Positions 29,631-41,752 of a stretch of 64,000 nucleotides of DNA are shown here, in pieces; position 1 is the first letter of the stretch; every line of letters starts with the position of its first letter. The notes under the pieces are model-generated. The model was not told where the DNA came from, ran no database searches, and saw only the letters and a list, made by a program, of their open reading frames with translations. The DNA comes from Chitinophagales bacterium (GTDB taxonomy: Bacteria; Bacteroidota; Bacteroidia; Chitinophagales; UBA8649): the NCBI GenBank assembly GCA_049890075.1, contig JBMHCE010000001.1:22633-86632 (forward strand), read 5' to 3'. The translations under genes were made by a program, and so were the position numbers.

Positions 29631-30735
29631 CTTTTATAGATATAGAATAATGTACTGGATTGGTGTTAACCGTTGTTGAAAGGACGGCAAAATTAGCAAA
29701 ATTCCGCGTTAAATAGTCTTTTATTTCTTGGATAACCCAATGCTCACTCTCATAATGCCCAATATCGCATAAAAGCAAGCTGCTGTCCGCTTCAAAAAAG
29801 TCATGATACTTTAAGTCTGCCGTCACATATGCATCAGCACCTTTCTGCCTGGCATTTTTTAAAAGATCGAAGCCAGCTCCACCGCAGATAGCCACTCGTT
29901 TAATCTTACTTTTTATAAGAGGGCTATGTCTAACGAGTTGTAAGCCTAGGTGGTTTGTTAGGTATTGAATGAAATCATCTGGGGAAAGGGGTTCTCGTAA
30001 CTCGCCTATCATGCCACTACCATGGTTTTGATTCTTGTTTTGCAGCGGTACGATGTCGTAGGCTACTTCTTCGTATGGGTGATGTTCTTGGAGGGTTTTG
30101 AGGGCAGAAGAAAGCAGTGTATCGGTTAGCAGGACTTCTAGTTTCTCTTCCTCTACTTCGGTAAACTCACCGGCTTTTCCAATACTTGGATTAGAGGATG
30201 CGCTTCCTTGAAAACTTCCAACGCCAGATGAGACAAAACTTGCTTTTTCATATTCTCCAATGCTGCCAGCCCCAATGGAAAAGAGAGCGTTTCGTACAAC
30301 TTGAAGGTCTTTGGTTGGGACAAAAGTGATGAGTTTATACAGATTGGACGCCTCATCTAAGACAGAACGATTGGATAGGTTAAGTCGATCGGCGAGTGCT
30401 TTATTCACGCCATCATCCACTCGATCAAGATTGGTGTGAATCGCATAAATTGCTATATCGTGTTTTATAGCAAGAATTATTGCACGTTGACTGTCGGTCG
30501 TAGGTCGTATTGATCGTAATCCTTTGAAAATTATAGGGTGGTGGGCTATAATCAGGTTAGCTTGTTGATCTATTGCTTCTTGTACAACACCTTCCGTAAC
30601 ATCTAGGGAGACTAGGGCCTTATTTACTAATTGATTAGGATCTCCTACTAGTAAACCACAGTTATCATAGCTAAGCGCTAATGAAGTCGGCGCCCATTGC
30701 TCTAAGCAATCGGTAATAGATTGAATTTTTTGCAT
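29608..30735 (-). CDS. Nif3-like dinuclear metal centre protein (GTP cyclohydrolase 1 type 2 homologue)
   Basis: 375 aa with IIAHHPIIFKG, AIYAIHTNLD and a C-terminal GHYESE. Confidence 0.85.
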   Translation of the reverse strand: MQKIQSITDCLEQWAPTSLALSYDNCGLLVGDPNQLVNKALVSLDVTEGVVQEAIDQQANLIIAHHPIIFKGLRSIRPTTDSQRAIILAIKHDIAIYAIHTNLDRVDDGVNKALADRLNLSNRSVLDEASNLYKLITFVPTKDLQVVRNALFSIGAGSIGEYEKASFVSSGVGSFQGSASSNPSIGKAGEFTEVEEEKLEVLLTDTLLSSALKTLQEHHPYEEVAYDIVPLQNKNQNHGSGMIGELREPLSPDDFIQYLTNHLGLQLVRHSPLIKSKIKRVAICGGAGFDLLKNARQKGADAYVTADLKYHDFFEADSSLLLCDIGHYESEHWVIQEIKDYLTRNFANFAVLSTTVNTNPVHYSISIKDGKGKKD

Positions 30736-30827
30736 TATACAGAATACATTAATCGGTGGAGAATTTCGTTAATAAATGTAAAAAAGCCCTCTTATATGTG
30801 GTATTTTCGACGTGGTAAAATTATGGT

Positions 30828-32429
30828 ATGTCAAATTCACTTTCAACAGATAGCCTCATTGATCTAGGGTATCTGAACCTACATCCAACCCACAACCTAT
30901 GTAACGCTAGTCCTGAAGAATTAGCACAAATCTCGGTAGAATCCTACGGCTGTGAGGTCGCAGATAATGGGGCACTTGTCGTAATGACAGGTCGCTTTAC
31001 CGGTCGCTCTCCAAAGGATCGATTTATCGTTCACGATACTATTACACGTGGGACAGTAGATTGGAACGCTATTAATCAACCGATTGAGCCAAAGTACTTT
31101 GCAGGACTGAAGGAAAAAATGATTGCCTATCTCAATGCAAAAAATATTTTTACTCGTGATGCATACGCTGGTGCAGACAAAGACTATCGTCTACCTGTGC
31201 GCGTAATTACTGAGTATCCGTGGTCCAATATGTTTGCTTACAATATGTTTTTAAGACCAACGGATGCTGAGCTATCAGCATTTTCTCCTGAGTGGCATGT
31301 TATCTGTGCACCAGGTTTTGAGGCTGATCCAGCCGTCGATGGCACAAAAGACAGTAATTTTTCAATAATCAACTTTGCTGAGAAAACCATCCTTGTCGGT
31401 GGGTCAGCGTATACTGGTGAGATTAAAAAAGGAATCTTTTCGGTGTTGAATTATACCTTACCTGAATATGATAACGTTCTTGCCATGCACTGTTCTGCCA
31501 ATATTGGTCATGGTGGAGATACGGCTCTATTTTTTGGGCTTAGTGGCACAGGTAAGACTACATTATCTGCGGATCCCAATCGCGCATTGATTGGTGACGA
31601 CGAACATGGATGGACGGCATCAGGTGTGTTTAACTTCGAAGGAGGATGTTATGCTAAAGTCATCGACTTGAGTAAGGAAAAGGAGCCTGACATCTTTAAT
31701 GCTATAAAGCCTGGTGCTATTCTTGAAAACATTGTCTTTAAGGATGATAACAAGGCGGTAGACTACGCCGATGGTTCAATTACTCAGAATACACGGGTTT
31801 CTTATCCAATCGATTATATTAACAATATTGCGGAGCCGTCAATGGGTGGAATTCCAAAAAATATATTCTTTCTTACTTATGATGCCTTTGGAGTTTTACC
31901 TCCCATAAGCCGTTTGACAGTGCCTCAGGCGATGTATCATTTCATTTCAGGATTTACGTCGAAAGTTGCGGGTACTGAAGCCGGTGTAACAGAACCTCAA
32001 ACAGCCTTTAGTGCTTGCTATGGTGCTCCTTTCTTGCCACTTCATCCGTTCAAATATTCTAAGATGTTGGGGGAAAAGATAGAGGAATCAGGGGCGAGAG
32101 TTTGGCTTGTAAATACTGGACTTAGTGGTGGAGTGTATGGTGTGGGGAAACGAATGTCTCTGCCTTACACGCGTAGTTTAATTAGTCAAGCGTTAGATGG
32201 ATCACTAGATCGTGGAGAGTTTATGATCGATGAATTTTTCGACATGGAAATACCTATGGCTGCTGGAGAAGTCCCTGCAAACATCTTAAACCCTATCAAT
32301 ACCTGGGCTTCTAGAGAGGAGTATGCTAGGACGGCGAATCGATTGATCAAGGCATTTGAAAGCAATTTCGAGCAATTTCAAGCGGCTTGTTCTGATGAAA
32401 TTTGCGCAGCAGCACCCAGCGTGAAATAA
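30828..32429 (+). CDS. pckA: phosphoenolpyruvate carboxykinase (ATP)
   Basis: 533 aa with GRSPKDRF, the kinase-1a loop GLSGTGKTTLS and IGDDEHGW. Confidence 0.95.
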   Translation: MSNSLSTDSLIDLGYLNLHPTHNLCNASPEELAQISVESYGCEVADNGALVVMTGRFTGRSPKDRFIVHDTITRGTVDWNAINQPIEPKYFAGLKEKMIAYLNAKNIFTRDAYAGADKDYRLPVRVITEYPWSNMFAYNMFLRPTDAELSAFSPEWHVICAPGFEADPAVDGTKDSNFSIINFAEKTILVGGSAYTGEIKKGIFSVLNYTLPEYDNVLAMHCSANIGHGGDTALFFGLSGTGKTTLSADPNRALIGDDEHGWTASGVFNFEGGCYAKVIDLSKEKEPDIFNAIKPGAILENIVFKDDNKAVDYADGSITQNTRVSYPIDYINNIAEPSMGGIPKNIFFLTYDAFGVLPPISRLTVPQAMYHFISGFTSKVAGTEAGVTEPQTAFSACYGAPFLPLHPFKYSKMLGEKIEESGARVWLVNTGLSGGVYGVGKRMSLPYTRSLISQALDGSLDRGEFMIDEFFDMEIPMAAGEVPANILNPINTWASREEYARTANRLIKAFESNFEQFQAACSDEICAAAPSVK

Positions 32430-32443
32430 CTGAATCCAATACC

Positions 32444-33166
32444 ATGCTCGAAGGAGTAAATGCTTTATTTTATACAAGTGATTTAAGCTCCAACGAGTGT
32501 GTAATCGAGGGTCAGGAGGTAAAGCATATCACCAAGGTTCTTCGTAAGCAAGAGGGCGACTCGATTTTTTTGACCGATGGCAAAGGCAACGTTGCTCAAG
32601 CCACAATTCGTCAGATTGGCAAGCAAGAATTAGTCCTTGAATCTAAGGAAATCACCAAGGTGCCTCGACCCGAACCCCAAGTGACCTTGGCATTTTCTGT
32701 GTTAAAGCAACCTTCGCGAATGGAATGGATGATTGAAAAGGCAACCGAATATGGCGTATCAGCTTTTCAACCTATACTTAGCGCCCATTGTATTCGAAGT
32801 CACTTTAATCCAAAAAGGCTGGAGTCAGTGGCACTTAGCGCCATGAAGCAGTCTCTTCAATGCTATTGTCCTGAGATTTATCCCATTCAATCCTTTGATT
32901 CCTTTGTGAAGGATACCTCAGATTCTATTCGGCTCATGGCGTATACTCCCGAGCGAATCAAGACTTTACAAAGCACTTGGCCTACGCTATCAGGTGCTAA
33001 AAAAATCACGGCAATTGTAGGCCCAGAGGGTGGGTTTTCAAAAGAGGAAGCTCGTCTTGCATCAGCTAGTGGGTTTTCGTGGGTGTCTTTGGGTCCAAAC
33101 CGCCTGAGGGCGGAGTCAGCATCGCTTGCGATAATCCAACAAATCAACGTATTTTCCAAGCTATAA
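32444..33166 (+). CDS. rsmE: 16S rRNA (uracil1498-N3)-methyltransferase
   Basis: About 240 aa from the internal Met. Has the SPOUT C-terminus IVGPEGGFS..E and LGPNRLRAE. Confidence 0.8.
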   Translation: MLEGVNALFYTSDLSSNECVIEGQEVKHITKVLRKQEGDSIFLTDGKGNVAQATIRQIGKQELVLESKEITKVPRPEPQVTLAFSVLKQPSRMEWMIEKATEYGVSAFQPILSAHCIRSHFNPKRLESVALSAMKQSLQCYCPEIYPIQSFDSFVKDTSDSIRLMAYTPERIKTLQSTWPTLSGAKKITAIVGPEGGFSKEEARLASASGFSWVSLGPNRLRAESASLAIIQQINVFSKL

Positions 33167-33855
33167 TGAGCGGATTATCAAGAGTTATGTGGATGGTGTG
33201 TATATGGATAGGGTTGTTGCCCTTCACAATGCAGTCTTTGTCCGCCCAATCCTCTTTTTCAATTGCCTTGCTAACGTATAATGGGGGAGGAGATTGGTAT
33301 GCTAATCCATCTGCTTTGCCAAACTTAATTGCTTTTTGCAATCAAGAGCTCAATACCAATATTGACCTGACGGTTGCTGAAGTCAATCCTGGCGATCAAG
33401 CAATTTTCAACTATCCTTTTATCCATATGACGGGACATGGGAATGTTACTTTTTCAGCTCAAGAGAGAGAAAATCTGCGAACCTATCTCAACCATGGAGG
33501 CTTCTTACATATTGACGATAATTACGGAATGGATGCCTTCGTGCGCCGAGAAATCCAACAGCTTTATCCTGATAAAGTGCTTAAACCTGTTCCTGTAAAT
33601 CACCCGATTTATACGAACATGTACCCTTTTCCTGAAGGTCTTCCTAAAATTCATGAGCACGATGGGGAGCCCGCTGAGGCACTCGGAATTTTTGTTGACG
33701 GCGATTTAGTTTTACTTTATACCCATGAGACTGATCTCGGCGACGGTTGGGAAGATGCCGACGTTCATGGCGATAGTGAGGCCTTACGTCAAAAGGCGCT
33801 TAAAATGGGTGCCAATATTTTAGGATATGCCTTATCAGGGGCAGGCGGTAATTAA
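33166..33855 (+). CDS. DUF4159 domain-containing exported protein
   Basis: The start overlaps the rsmE stop (TAATG). Has LLTYNGGGDWYANPSALPNL and HMTGHG motifs characteristic of DUF4159. Confidence 0.6.
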   Translation: MSGLSRVMWMVCIWIGLLPFTMQSLSAQSSFSIALLTYNGGGDWYANPSALPNLIAFCNQELNTNIDLTVAEVNPGDQAIFNYPFIHMTGHGNVTFSAQERENLRTYLNHGGFLHIDDNYGMDAFVRREIQQLYPDKVLKPVPVNHPIYTNMYPFPEGLPKIHEHDGEPAEALGIFVDGDLVLLYTHETDLGDGWEDADVHGDSEALRQKALKMGANILGYALSGAGGN

Positions 33856-34937
33856 GCCATTCCTACTTCTTGCTGCCATCCAACAATTTTAGATGTTCGC
33901 TTCTTCATAACAGCGATTGCTTCTTCCCGACTTGAAAAGGCCCCATCGATGTTTACTAAGTGATCGGCAAGCTTATCGTAGTTTTTGCGCATTAGATTAA
34001 ACCATACTCCTCCAAACTCGATACCCTCAAAAACCATAGCTTGATGTTTGGCATAGGTCGCTCGGTTATCTAACAAATGGTTTGGATGTTCTGTCCAGTG
34101 CAAATTAGGCTTAACGTGATGGCTAATATGGTATCCATCATTCCAGCAGTTGTGATTGTATTGGTGGTTAATACAGGTTACACTGTTTTTATACTCATTT
34201 CCTGGATCTTCTGGATCAACAAAGGCGTGCTGTGCCCAGTTTCCAAGCATCATGGTAATACGTGTCGTAACAAAAGGCAGTATAAAGACAAAAAGGGTTG
34301 CCCAAAAATTAACAAAGCACAGCCCAACTACAGAACCGATGTAAAGGAGCTCTCCAAGTATGGCTTGGTTTCTAATTTTTCTGCGGCTCTCACCAATCTT
34401 GTTAAAGTAGATTACCAAGCGAACCACGCCGAAAAGAAGAAAACTAAACAAGTATTTGGCAAAATCTCGTCCACTATCGCGCTTGAAGGGCATGGTTGTA
34501 CTATCGTCATCTGGTAGATTACCTTCAAGATGATGCATTGCAATGTGGTGGGCAAAGTAGGTTTCTGGGCTTTGTCCCATGAAAGGCCCTAAAATCCATG
34601 GTAAAAATTTATTCCAGACCTTGTAATCCGTTTTAAACCATGGTCTATGGCTCGTACAATGCAGCATCAGGCCAAAGGGGCTTTTGTTTTTCATCGTGAT
34701 TAACAAAGTGTAAATCACAGCAGTTGGCCAAAAGAGCCAAGGAATATTTGCGAAACCATACATAACCACTACGCAGGGAAACACAATGGCAAGGAGTTTC
34801 ATGGTGAGGTAGATAAATGGGAGGTCTCTTGGGTCTCTCATTCTCTTTAACCAGAATGAATCGAAACGATTCGGATTTGTTTTAACCTCGTATGTCTTGT
34901 CAGTTAGTTGGGCTGGAAATGTTCGTAGCTGTGCCAT
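33852..34937 (-). CDS. membrane fatty-acid desaturase family protein
   Basis: Three His boxes (HCTSHR, HHIAMHH, HISHH) and multiple TM helices. Start uncertain (34937 or 34994). Confidence 0.75.
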   Translation of the reverse strand: MAQLRTFPAQLTDKTYEVKTNPNRFDSFWLKRMRDPRDLPFIYLTMKLLAIVFPCVVVMYGFANIPWLFWPTAVIYTLLITMKNKSPFGLMLHCTSHRPWFKTDYKVWNKFLPWILGPFMGQSPETYFAHHIAMHHLEGNLPDDDSTTMPFKRDSGRDFAKYLFSFLLFGVVRLVIYFNKIGESRRKIRNQAILGELLYIGSVVGLCFVNFWATLFVFILPFVTTRITMMLGNWAQHAFVDPEDPGNEYKNSVTCINHQYNHNCWNDGYHISHHVKPNLHWTEHPNHLLDNRATYAKHQAMVFEGIEFGGVWFNLMRKNYDKLADHLVNIDGAFSSREEAIAVMKKRTSKIVGWQQEVGMA

Positions 34938-35036
34938 AACACAAAAGTCGTTAATACTGAGGCTAAAACCAAAAAGCGCGAAAAGTCTTGACAATCAAAA
35001 CGTACCTTTACCTTGTTATCATTCATCTTTTACGCT

Positions 35037-36035
35037 ATGGAATATAGAAGATTAGGGAAGTCGGGACTTCAGGTAAGCGCTTTGTCTCTAGGAAGTTGGC
35101 TCAATTTTGGAAAATTCATTGATGCCAAAATGGCTAAGGAGTTAATGGTCTATGCCTATGATCACGGCATTAACTTTTTTGATAATGCTGAGGTTTATGC
35201 AAGGGGTAAATCTGAAGAGGTTATGGGCCAAATATTAAGCGATGTATCCTGGGATCGCTCTACCTATGTTGTGTCAAGTAAAGTGTTTTGGGGTGGGAAA
35301 GATCCCGAATCGATGGCATGGCCCAATCACAAAGGGCTAATGCGCAAGCATGTAGTGGAAGCTTGTGATGCCGCATTACGCCGTTTACAAGTCGATTATC
35401 TCGATCTATTCTTTTGTCACAGACCAGATATTCATACTCCAATTGATGAGACTGTTTGGACCATGCATAATCTGATACAACAAGGAAAGATTTTGTATTG
35501 GGGAACTTCTGAATGGACTAGTCAACAGATTACGGAAGCCCACTATGTCGCAGAGCGATATAATCTGATTGGCCCGACTATGGAACAACCGGAATACAAC
35601 ATGTTTAATCGAACGAAGGTGGAATTGGATTATCTGCCGATCTATCGACGATTTGGCTTAGGGACTACCATCTGGTCTCCTTTAGCTTCCGGATTACTCA
35701 CAGGGAAATATATAGATCAAGTGCCTAAGGGCAGTCGTCTTGATCAGGAGGGCTTTGACTGGCTTCGCGAACGAACACTCGGCGATGAAGACAAAATGGC
35801 GAAAGTGGTGAAATTGCATGCCTTAGCTCAAGAAAGGGAGTTGTCTCTTACACAACTTTCTATTGCATGGTGCCTTAAAAACCCCCATGTTTCAACGGTG
35901 ATATTAGGAGCAAGTAACCTTAAGCAGTTGCAAGAGAACATCCAATCCTTAGAAATACTTCCTCTATTGACAGACGAGCTTATAGGAGCTATAGATGATG
36001 TACTGGGCAATAAGCCTCAAGAGCCTACTTACTAG
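35037..36035 (+). CDS. aldo/keto reductase (Kv-beta-subunit-like)
   Basis: MEYRRLGKSGLQVSALSLGSW, FFDNAEVYA, and GTSEW. Confidence 0.85.
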   Translation: MEYRRLGKSGLQVSALSLGSWLNFGKFIDAKMAKELMVYAYDHGINFFDNAEVYARGKSEEVMGQILSDVSWDRSTYVVSSKVFWGGKDPESMAWPNHKGLMRKHVVEACDAALRRLQVDYLDLFFCHRPDIHTPIDETVWTMHNLIQQGKILYWGTSEWTSQQITEAHYVAERYNLIGPTMEQPEYNMFNRTKVELDYLPIYRRFGLGTTIWSPLASGLLTGKYIDQVPKGSRLDQEGFDWLRERTLGDEDKMAKVVKLHALAQERELSLTQLSIAWCLKNPHVSTVILGASNLKQLQENIQSLEILPLLTDELIGAIDDVLGNKPQEPTY

Positions 36036-36055
36036 CTGAAAGCCAAAAGCCTTAC

Positions 36056-36292
36056 TTAGAGCGTTACCGCAATATTGATGTGGTTGTTGAGGCATTCCAC
36101 AAAACCATCCTGTATATCAAAGCTTGTGTCTTTACCGTCGTGTTTTACACGAATTGAGCCTTTTTCCAACGAAGCCATAATGGCTGCGTGGTTGTTGAGA
36201 ATCTCAAAAGAACCGCTTGTTCCAGGTAGCTTAACGCCTTCTGCACTTCCTTCAAAAAGCACGGATTCCGGTGTCATGATGCGAACCGTCAT
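36056..36292 (-). CDS. atpC: F0F1 ATP synthase subunit epsilon (short form)
   Basis: 78 aa, 3 nt downstream of atpD. The N-terminal beta-sandwich sequence VRIMTPESVLFEG is typical. Confidence 0.85.
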   Translation of the reverse strand: MTVRIMTPESVLFEGSAEGVKLPGTSGSFEILNNHAAIMASLEKGSIRVKHDGKDTSFDIQDGFVECLNNHINIAVTL

Positions 36293-36295
36293 GAT

Positions 36296-37870
<1,575 letters not shown>

Positions 37871-37906
37871 TCAAAGTAGAATTGCACAAAATTGCTTAAG
37901 TCAACC

Positions 37907-40396
37907 ATGAACTTGCTAGATATTACCCATGCGTCCGCAACCTTAAGCCCGAGAGTGGCTGAAGTTTTGCTTCCCTTGCCGCTAGGTAATGCGTTGACCT
38001 ATGCCATTCCACTTGCTTTGGAAGATGAGATTAAGGAAGGGTCCATAGTTTTGGTCCCCTTAGGAAAGCGCAAAGAATACGCGGGGCTTGTTACGCGCTT
38101 GGATGATGTGGAAAAAAACACGCAAACTGCGGTGAAACCCATCAAGCAAGTGATCTATCAGGGACAATGGAGTACGCCAGGTCAGCTTGAATTATGGCGC
38201 TGGATGGCTGCCTATTACATGGCTAACCTTGGTGATATAATGCAAGCAGCTTTGCCAACCCTGCTTAAGATCTCTAGCGAAACATTGTATGTGGCCTTAG
38301 TCGATTCGGTGGACACCATGGATGATGATCAGGTCTTAGATGAAACTGACATTGAAATTCTTTCTACGTTGACCACTCATGGTCCCCTTGCTCAATCCAT
38401 GATCATTCGCCATACTGGGCTGGCCAATCCGCTAGCTTCGCTTAAGCGATTAATGAAACTTCGACTCGTAGCAATCAAAGAGTCGTTGGGACAAACCTAT
38501 TCTCCTAAAAGAGCTGTTCGTTACCGTTTAACAAAGGAATTATTGGAGTCTCCCGAGGCTTTTGACAACGCGTTGGCCCAATTACATCGTGCACCAAAAC
38601 AACAAGAGGCCTTCCTTAAACTTAGCGTTGGACAACATGAAGAATCCTCGACAAATGCATCCCACAAAACGGCATTAAATGCGCTGACAAAAAGAGGATG
38701 GGTTGAAAAGTATTGGATCGACCTCAATCGTTTGGAAGAGTCCTACATTGCTCAACAGCCAAAAGACGTTGAATTGTCTTCAGAACAATCGTCAGCGCTG
38801 GCTTCCATCCAAGGCATATGGCAAACAAATTCCAATAAAGCCATTTTGTTACAAGGGGTCACAGGGAGTGGCAAAACAATGTTGTACATCGAACTCATTA
38901 AAGACTGTTTGCGCCGTGGAGGCCAAGCGCTTTTTATGTTGCCAGAAATTGCATTGACCACTCAAATGATTCATAGGATACGTCAATACTTTGATTGTCC
39001 CATTGGGGTTTATCATTCAAGGTTTTCTCCAGCCTATCGGGTTGAGCTATATCAGAAGGTTTTACGTGGCGAGATTTCAATTATCCTCGGCGCGCGATCT
39101 AGTGTCTTTTTGCCCTTCAAAAAACTCGGACTCGTAATCGTAGATGAAGAACACGAAGCATCTTACAAACAGCAGGACCCAACGCCAAGATATCATGGCA
39201 GGGATGTTGCCCTAATGCTTGCTAAACAACACAAAGCTTCGATCATTTTGGGTTCTGCAACACCAAGTCTTGAAAGCCTTCAAAATGTAGCATCGGTCAA
39301 ATGGGAAAGGGTAGAGCTTCACAATCGCTTTAATCAGTTGGCCATTCCGACCCCTCAGCTAATCGACCTGGTTGACGCCAAAAAACGACACCAAGTAACG
39401 GGACAGTTTAGTAAGGTCTTAATTGAAGCAATTCATGCATGTTTAGCCCGAAAAGAACAAGTCATTCTCTACCAAAACCGCAGAGGTTATGCCACACTAG
39501 CACGCTGTAAAACATGTGAATCAACGGCTAAATGTCACCAGTGTGATGTGAGCTTAACCTATCACAAATATTCTGGAAATCTTCGATGCCATTATTGTGG
39601 AAGTACAGCTCGACTAACCTCACGATGCGCTTCATGCTCTTCTCAGCAATGGGAACTCTATGGATCAGGTACGCAGCGTATTGAGGAAGAAATTGAATCC
39701 CTCTTCCCACAGGCGAGAATACTTCGAATGGATAGAGATACTGCTGCCTCGCGGAAGCGCTATGAGGCCATGTTAAAGGGAATTGAAGAATACAAGTATG
39801 ACATCTTAATTGGCACACAGCTGATCGGAAAAGGATTAGACTTTCAGCGGGTTACATTAGTTGGTGTACTGGATGCCGATGAAATGTTGCACTTTCCAAC
39901 GTTCAGAAACAATGAGCGCTGTTACAATACGCTCAAGCAATTAGCTGGTCGTGCAGGAAGAGGCCAAAAGGCTGGACAAGTCTTGATTCAGTCACGGCAA
40001 GTAGACCATCCCGTGCTCAAGGCATTAACTGAAGATTCTTGGGAAGCCTTTATTGAACATGAGCAATCCGTCAGGGAGCAATATAACTATCCACCCACCT
40101 TTCAGTTTACCGTTTTTGAGTTTTCCCATAAGGATGTTCAAAAGACTGCTGCTGCTGCTCATTACTTTGCAACAGGCATGAAACAACGGTTAGGTAGCGA
40201 TTGTGTTTTAGGCCCATCTTTGCCCCCTGTTGAGAGGGTTCGAAATACTTACCGACGGGAGGTGATTCTAAAGACAGTGCGTAATTCATCGGTAGCGAAG
40301 CAATGGAGGAATGCCGTAAATGAGTTAGAGCAACATCGAAAGTCAGAGCATGCCATTCGGAGTGTTCGATTAAAAATCAATGTTGATGCGGGATAG
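37907..40396 (+). CDS. priA: primosomal replication protein N' (PriA helicase)
   Basis: Walker A GVTGSGKT, DEEH box, and Cys-rich zinc-binding region CKTCES..CHQCD..CHYCG..CASC. The ATG at 37907 is preferred over the TTG at 37892. Confidence 0.9.
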   Translation: MNLLDITHASATLSPRVAEVLLPLPLGNALTYAIPLALEDEIKEGSIVLVPLGKRKEYAGLVTRLDDVEKNTQTAVKPIKQVIYQGQWSTPGQLELWRWMAAYYMANLGDIMQAALPTLLKISSETLYVALVDSVDTMDDDQVLDETDIEILSTLTTHGPLAQSMIIRHTGLANPLASLKRLMKLRLVAIKESLGQTYSPKRAVRYRLTKELLESPEAFDNALAQLHRAPKQQEAFLKLSVGQHEESSTNASHKTALNALTKRGWVEKYWIDLNRLEESYIAQQPKDVELSSEQSSALASIQGIWQTNSNKAILLQGVTGSGKTMLYIELIKDCLRRGGQALFMLPEIALTTQMIHRIRQYFDCPIGVYHSRFSPAYRVELYQKVLRGEISIILGARSSVFLPFKKLGLVIVDEEHEASYKQQDPTPRYHGRDVALMLAKQHKASIILGSATPSLESLQNVASVKWERVELHNRFNQLAIPTPQLIDLVDAKKRHQVTGQFSKVLIEAIHACLARKEQVILYQNRRGYATLARCKTCESTAKCHQCDVSLTYHKYSGNLRCHYCGSTARLTSRCASCSSQQWELYGSGTQRIEEEIESLFPQARILRMDRDTAASRKRYEAMLKGIEEYKYDILIGTQLIGKGLDFQRVTLVGVLDADEMLHFPTFRNNERCYNTLKQLAGRAGRGQKAGQVLIQSRQVDHPVLKALTEDSWEAFIEHEQSVREQYNYPPTFQFTVFEFSHKDVQKTAAAAHYFATGMKQRLGSDCVLGPSLPPVERVRNTYRREVILKTVRNSSVAKQWRNAVNELEQHRKSEHAIRSVRLKINVDAG

Positions 40397-40409
40397 TTAC
40401 TTTTGTACA

Positions 40410-41078
40410 ATGCAACGTGTACTGTTTCTCCTTATGCTTGTTTTGGTTTGTCTTCAAGCTTGCCAAACAGACGACAATATCTCCAGATTTGATGTAGTCT
40501 ATACTGTGCGTTTTGAAGCAACTTGGTCCGATTCTACGCATCCTAATGCTTATCCGGCCAATGCTCACTTTAGCCCTTTGGTCGCTTTGTCGCACACGCC
40601 AAACTTTTATGTTTTTTTCTCAGGATACCCTGCGTCCGATGGACTTCGTATTCTAGCTGAAACAGGACAGACTGATAGCATCATGGATGAGTTTTCATAT
40701 TCTATCAATACAGGACAGGCCTTGGATGCACGCGTAGGGCCTGATGTTGATAGCCCAGGACAGGGTGAGTTATCCATTGGAGTGACGGCAACAAGGCACG
40801 CAGTAACGGTACTGTCGATGATTGCTCCAAGTCCCGATTGGTTTGTTGCGGGTAGAGCCGTGCTTTTTGATGCGCAGGATGGTCAATGGTATGACAAGGT
40901 TACTATCGATGCCATTAGTCTTGACGGAGGAAGTGACGCAGGAACTGACTTTACTTCGCCGAATATGCCGATGGATTCCGTATCGGCAGTTTATCCAATT
41001 ACGTCAGGTCCTTTGATTCAACCTGGGGATAATCTTGTGCAAAACATGGGTAAGTTTATTTTTGAGCGCGTCCGGTAA
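40410..41078 (+). CDS. spondin_N domain lipoprotein
   Basis: Lipobox (LVCLQAC). FEATWSDSTHPNAYPANAHFSPLVALSH and SPDWFV are typical of the F-spondin N-terminal-like domain. Confidence 0.6.
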   Translation: MQRVLFLLMLVLVCLQACQTDDNISRFDVVYTVRFEATWSDSTHPNAYPANAHFSPLVALSHTPNFYVFFSGYPASDGLRILAETGQTDSIMDEFSYSINTGQALDARVGPDVDSPGQGELSIGVTATRHAVTVLSMIAPSPDWFVAGRAVLFDAQDGQWYDKVTIDAISLDGGSDAGTDFTSPNMPMDSVSAVYPITSGPLIQPGDNLVQNMGKFIFERVR

Positions 41079-41752
41079 TGAATCTTCGAAACCATATTCC
41101 CAATGCATGTACACTGCTTAATGCTTTCTCGGGCATGTCGGCTATCTTTTTCTTAAGTCAAGGTGAGATAGATAAAGCCTTGCTTTTTTGGGGAGCTTGT
41201 TATGTTTTTGATGGCTTAGATGGTTTGTTAGCGCGTTCATTGCAGGCGGAGAGTGATCTTGGGAAACAGTTAGATTCTTTAGCTGATGCGATTAGCTTCG
41301 GAGCCTTGCCTGCTTACTTTTTGTTCACCCTATGTGAAGCAGGGGATCCATGGCTTTCCCTCGGATGTATCATGTATGTCGTGGGTGTCATTTTGCGCCT
41401 TGCTCGATTTAATGTTGAAGAAAGTAAAACCATCTTTTTTCAAGGCCTATCGAGCCCATTGGCTGCTCTCTTAGTGGGGTGGATTGGAATAGGGCTAGGG
41501 CCTTTGCCTTTAGTTTGTTATCCTCTGTTAGCAGGTCTACTGGCCATTCTAATGAATGCTCCACTTCCTTTGCTTAAAACCAAAGGGTTGCGCTATGTAC
41601 CAAAGGCCTTTTTGATAGTTGCAGGAATTTTTATTGCTGTTGCAATGGGCCTACAAGTGCTGTTTGAAACTTCATACCTAATACCCCTTGGACTCTTGTT
41701 ATATTTACTTTTGAGTTTAAGTACATTCAATCGATTAAAAGATAAATCATGA
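41078..41752 (+). CDS. pssA: CDP-alcohol phosphatidyltransferase (phosphatidylserine synthase-like)
   Basis: DG(x2)AR(x8)G(x3)D(x3)D motif seen as DGLDGLLARSLQAESDLGKQLDSLADAISF. The start overlaps the upstream stop (TAATG). Confidence 0.75.
   Translation: MNLRNHIPNACTLLNAFSGMSAIFFLSQGEIDKALLFWGACYVFDGLDGLLARSLQAESDLGKQLDSLADAISFGALPAYFLFTLCEAGDPWLSLGCIMYVVGVILRLARFNVEESKTIFFQGLSSPLAALLVGWIGIGLGPLPLVCYPLLAGLLAILMNAPLPLLKTKGLRYVPKAFLIVAGIFIAVAMGLQVLFETSYLIPLGLLLYLLLSLSTFNRLKDKS

Noticed and set aside
34077-34517. A 146-aa ORF antisense to the desaturase gene.
   Set aside because: It is a shadow ORF. The sense strand carries all three His boxes and the TM pattern.
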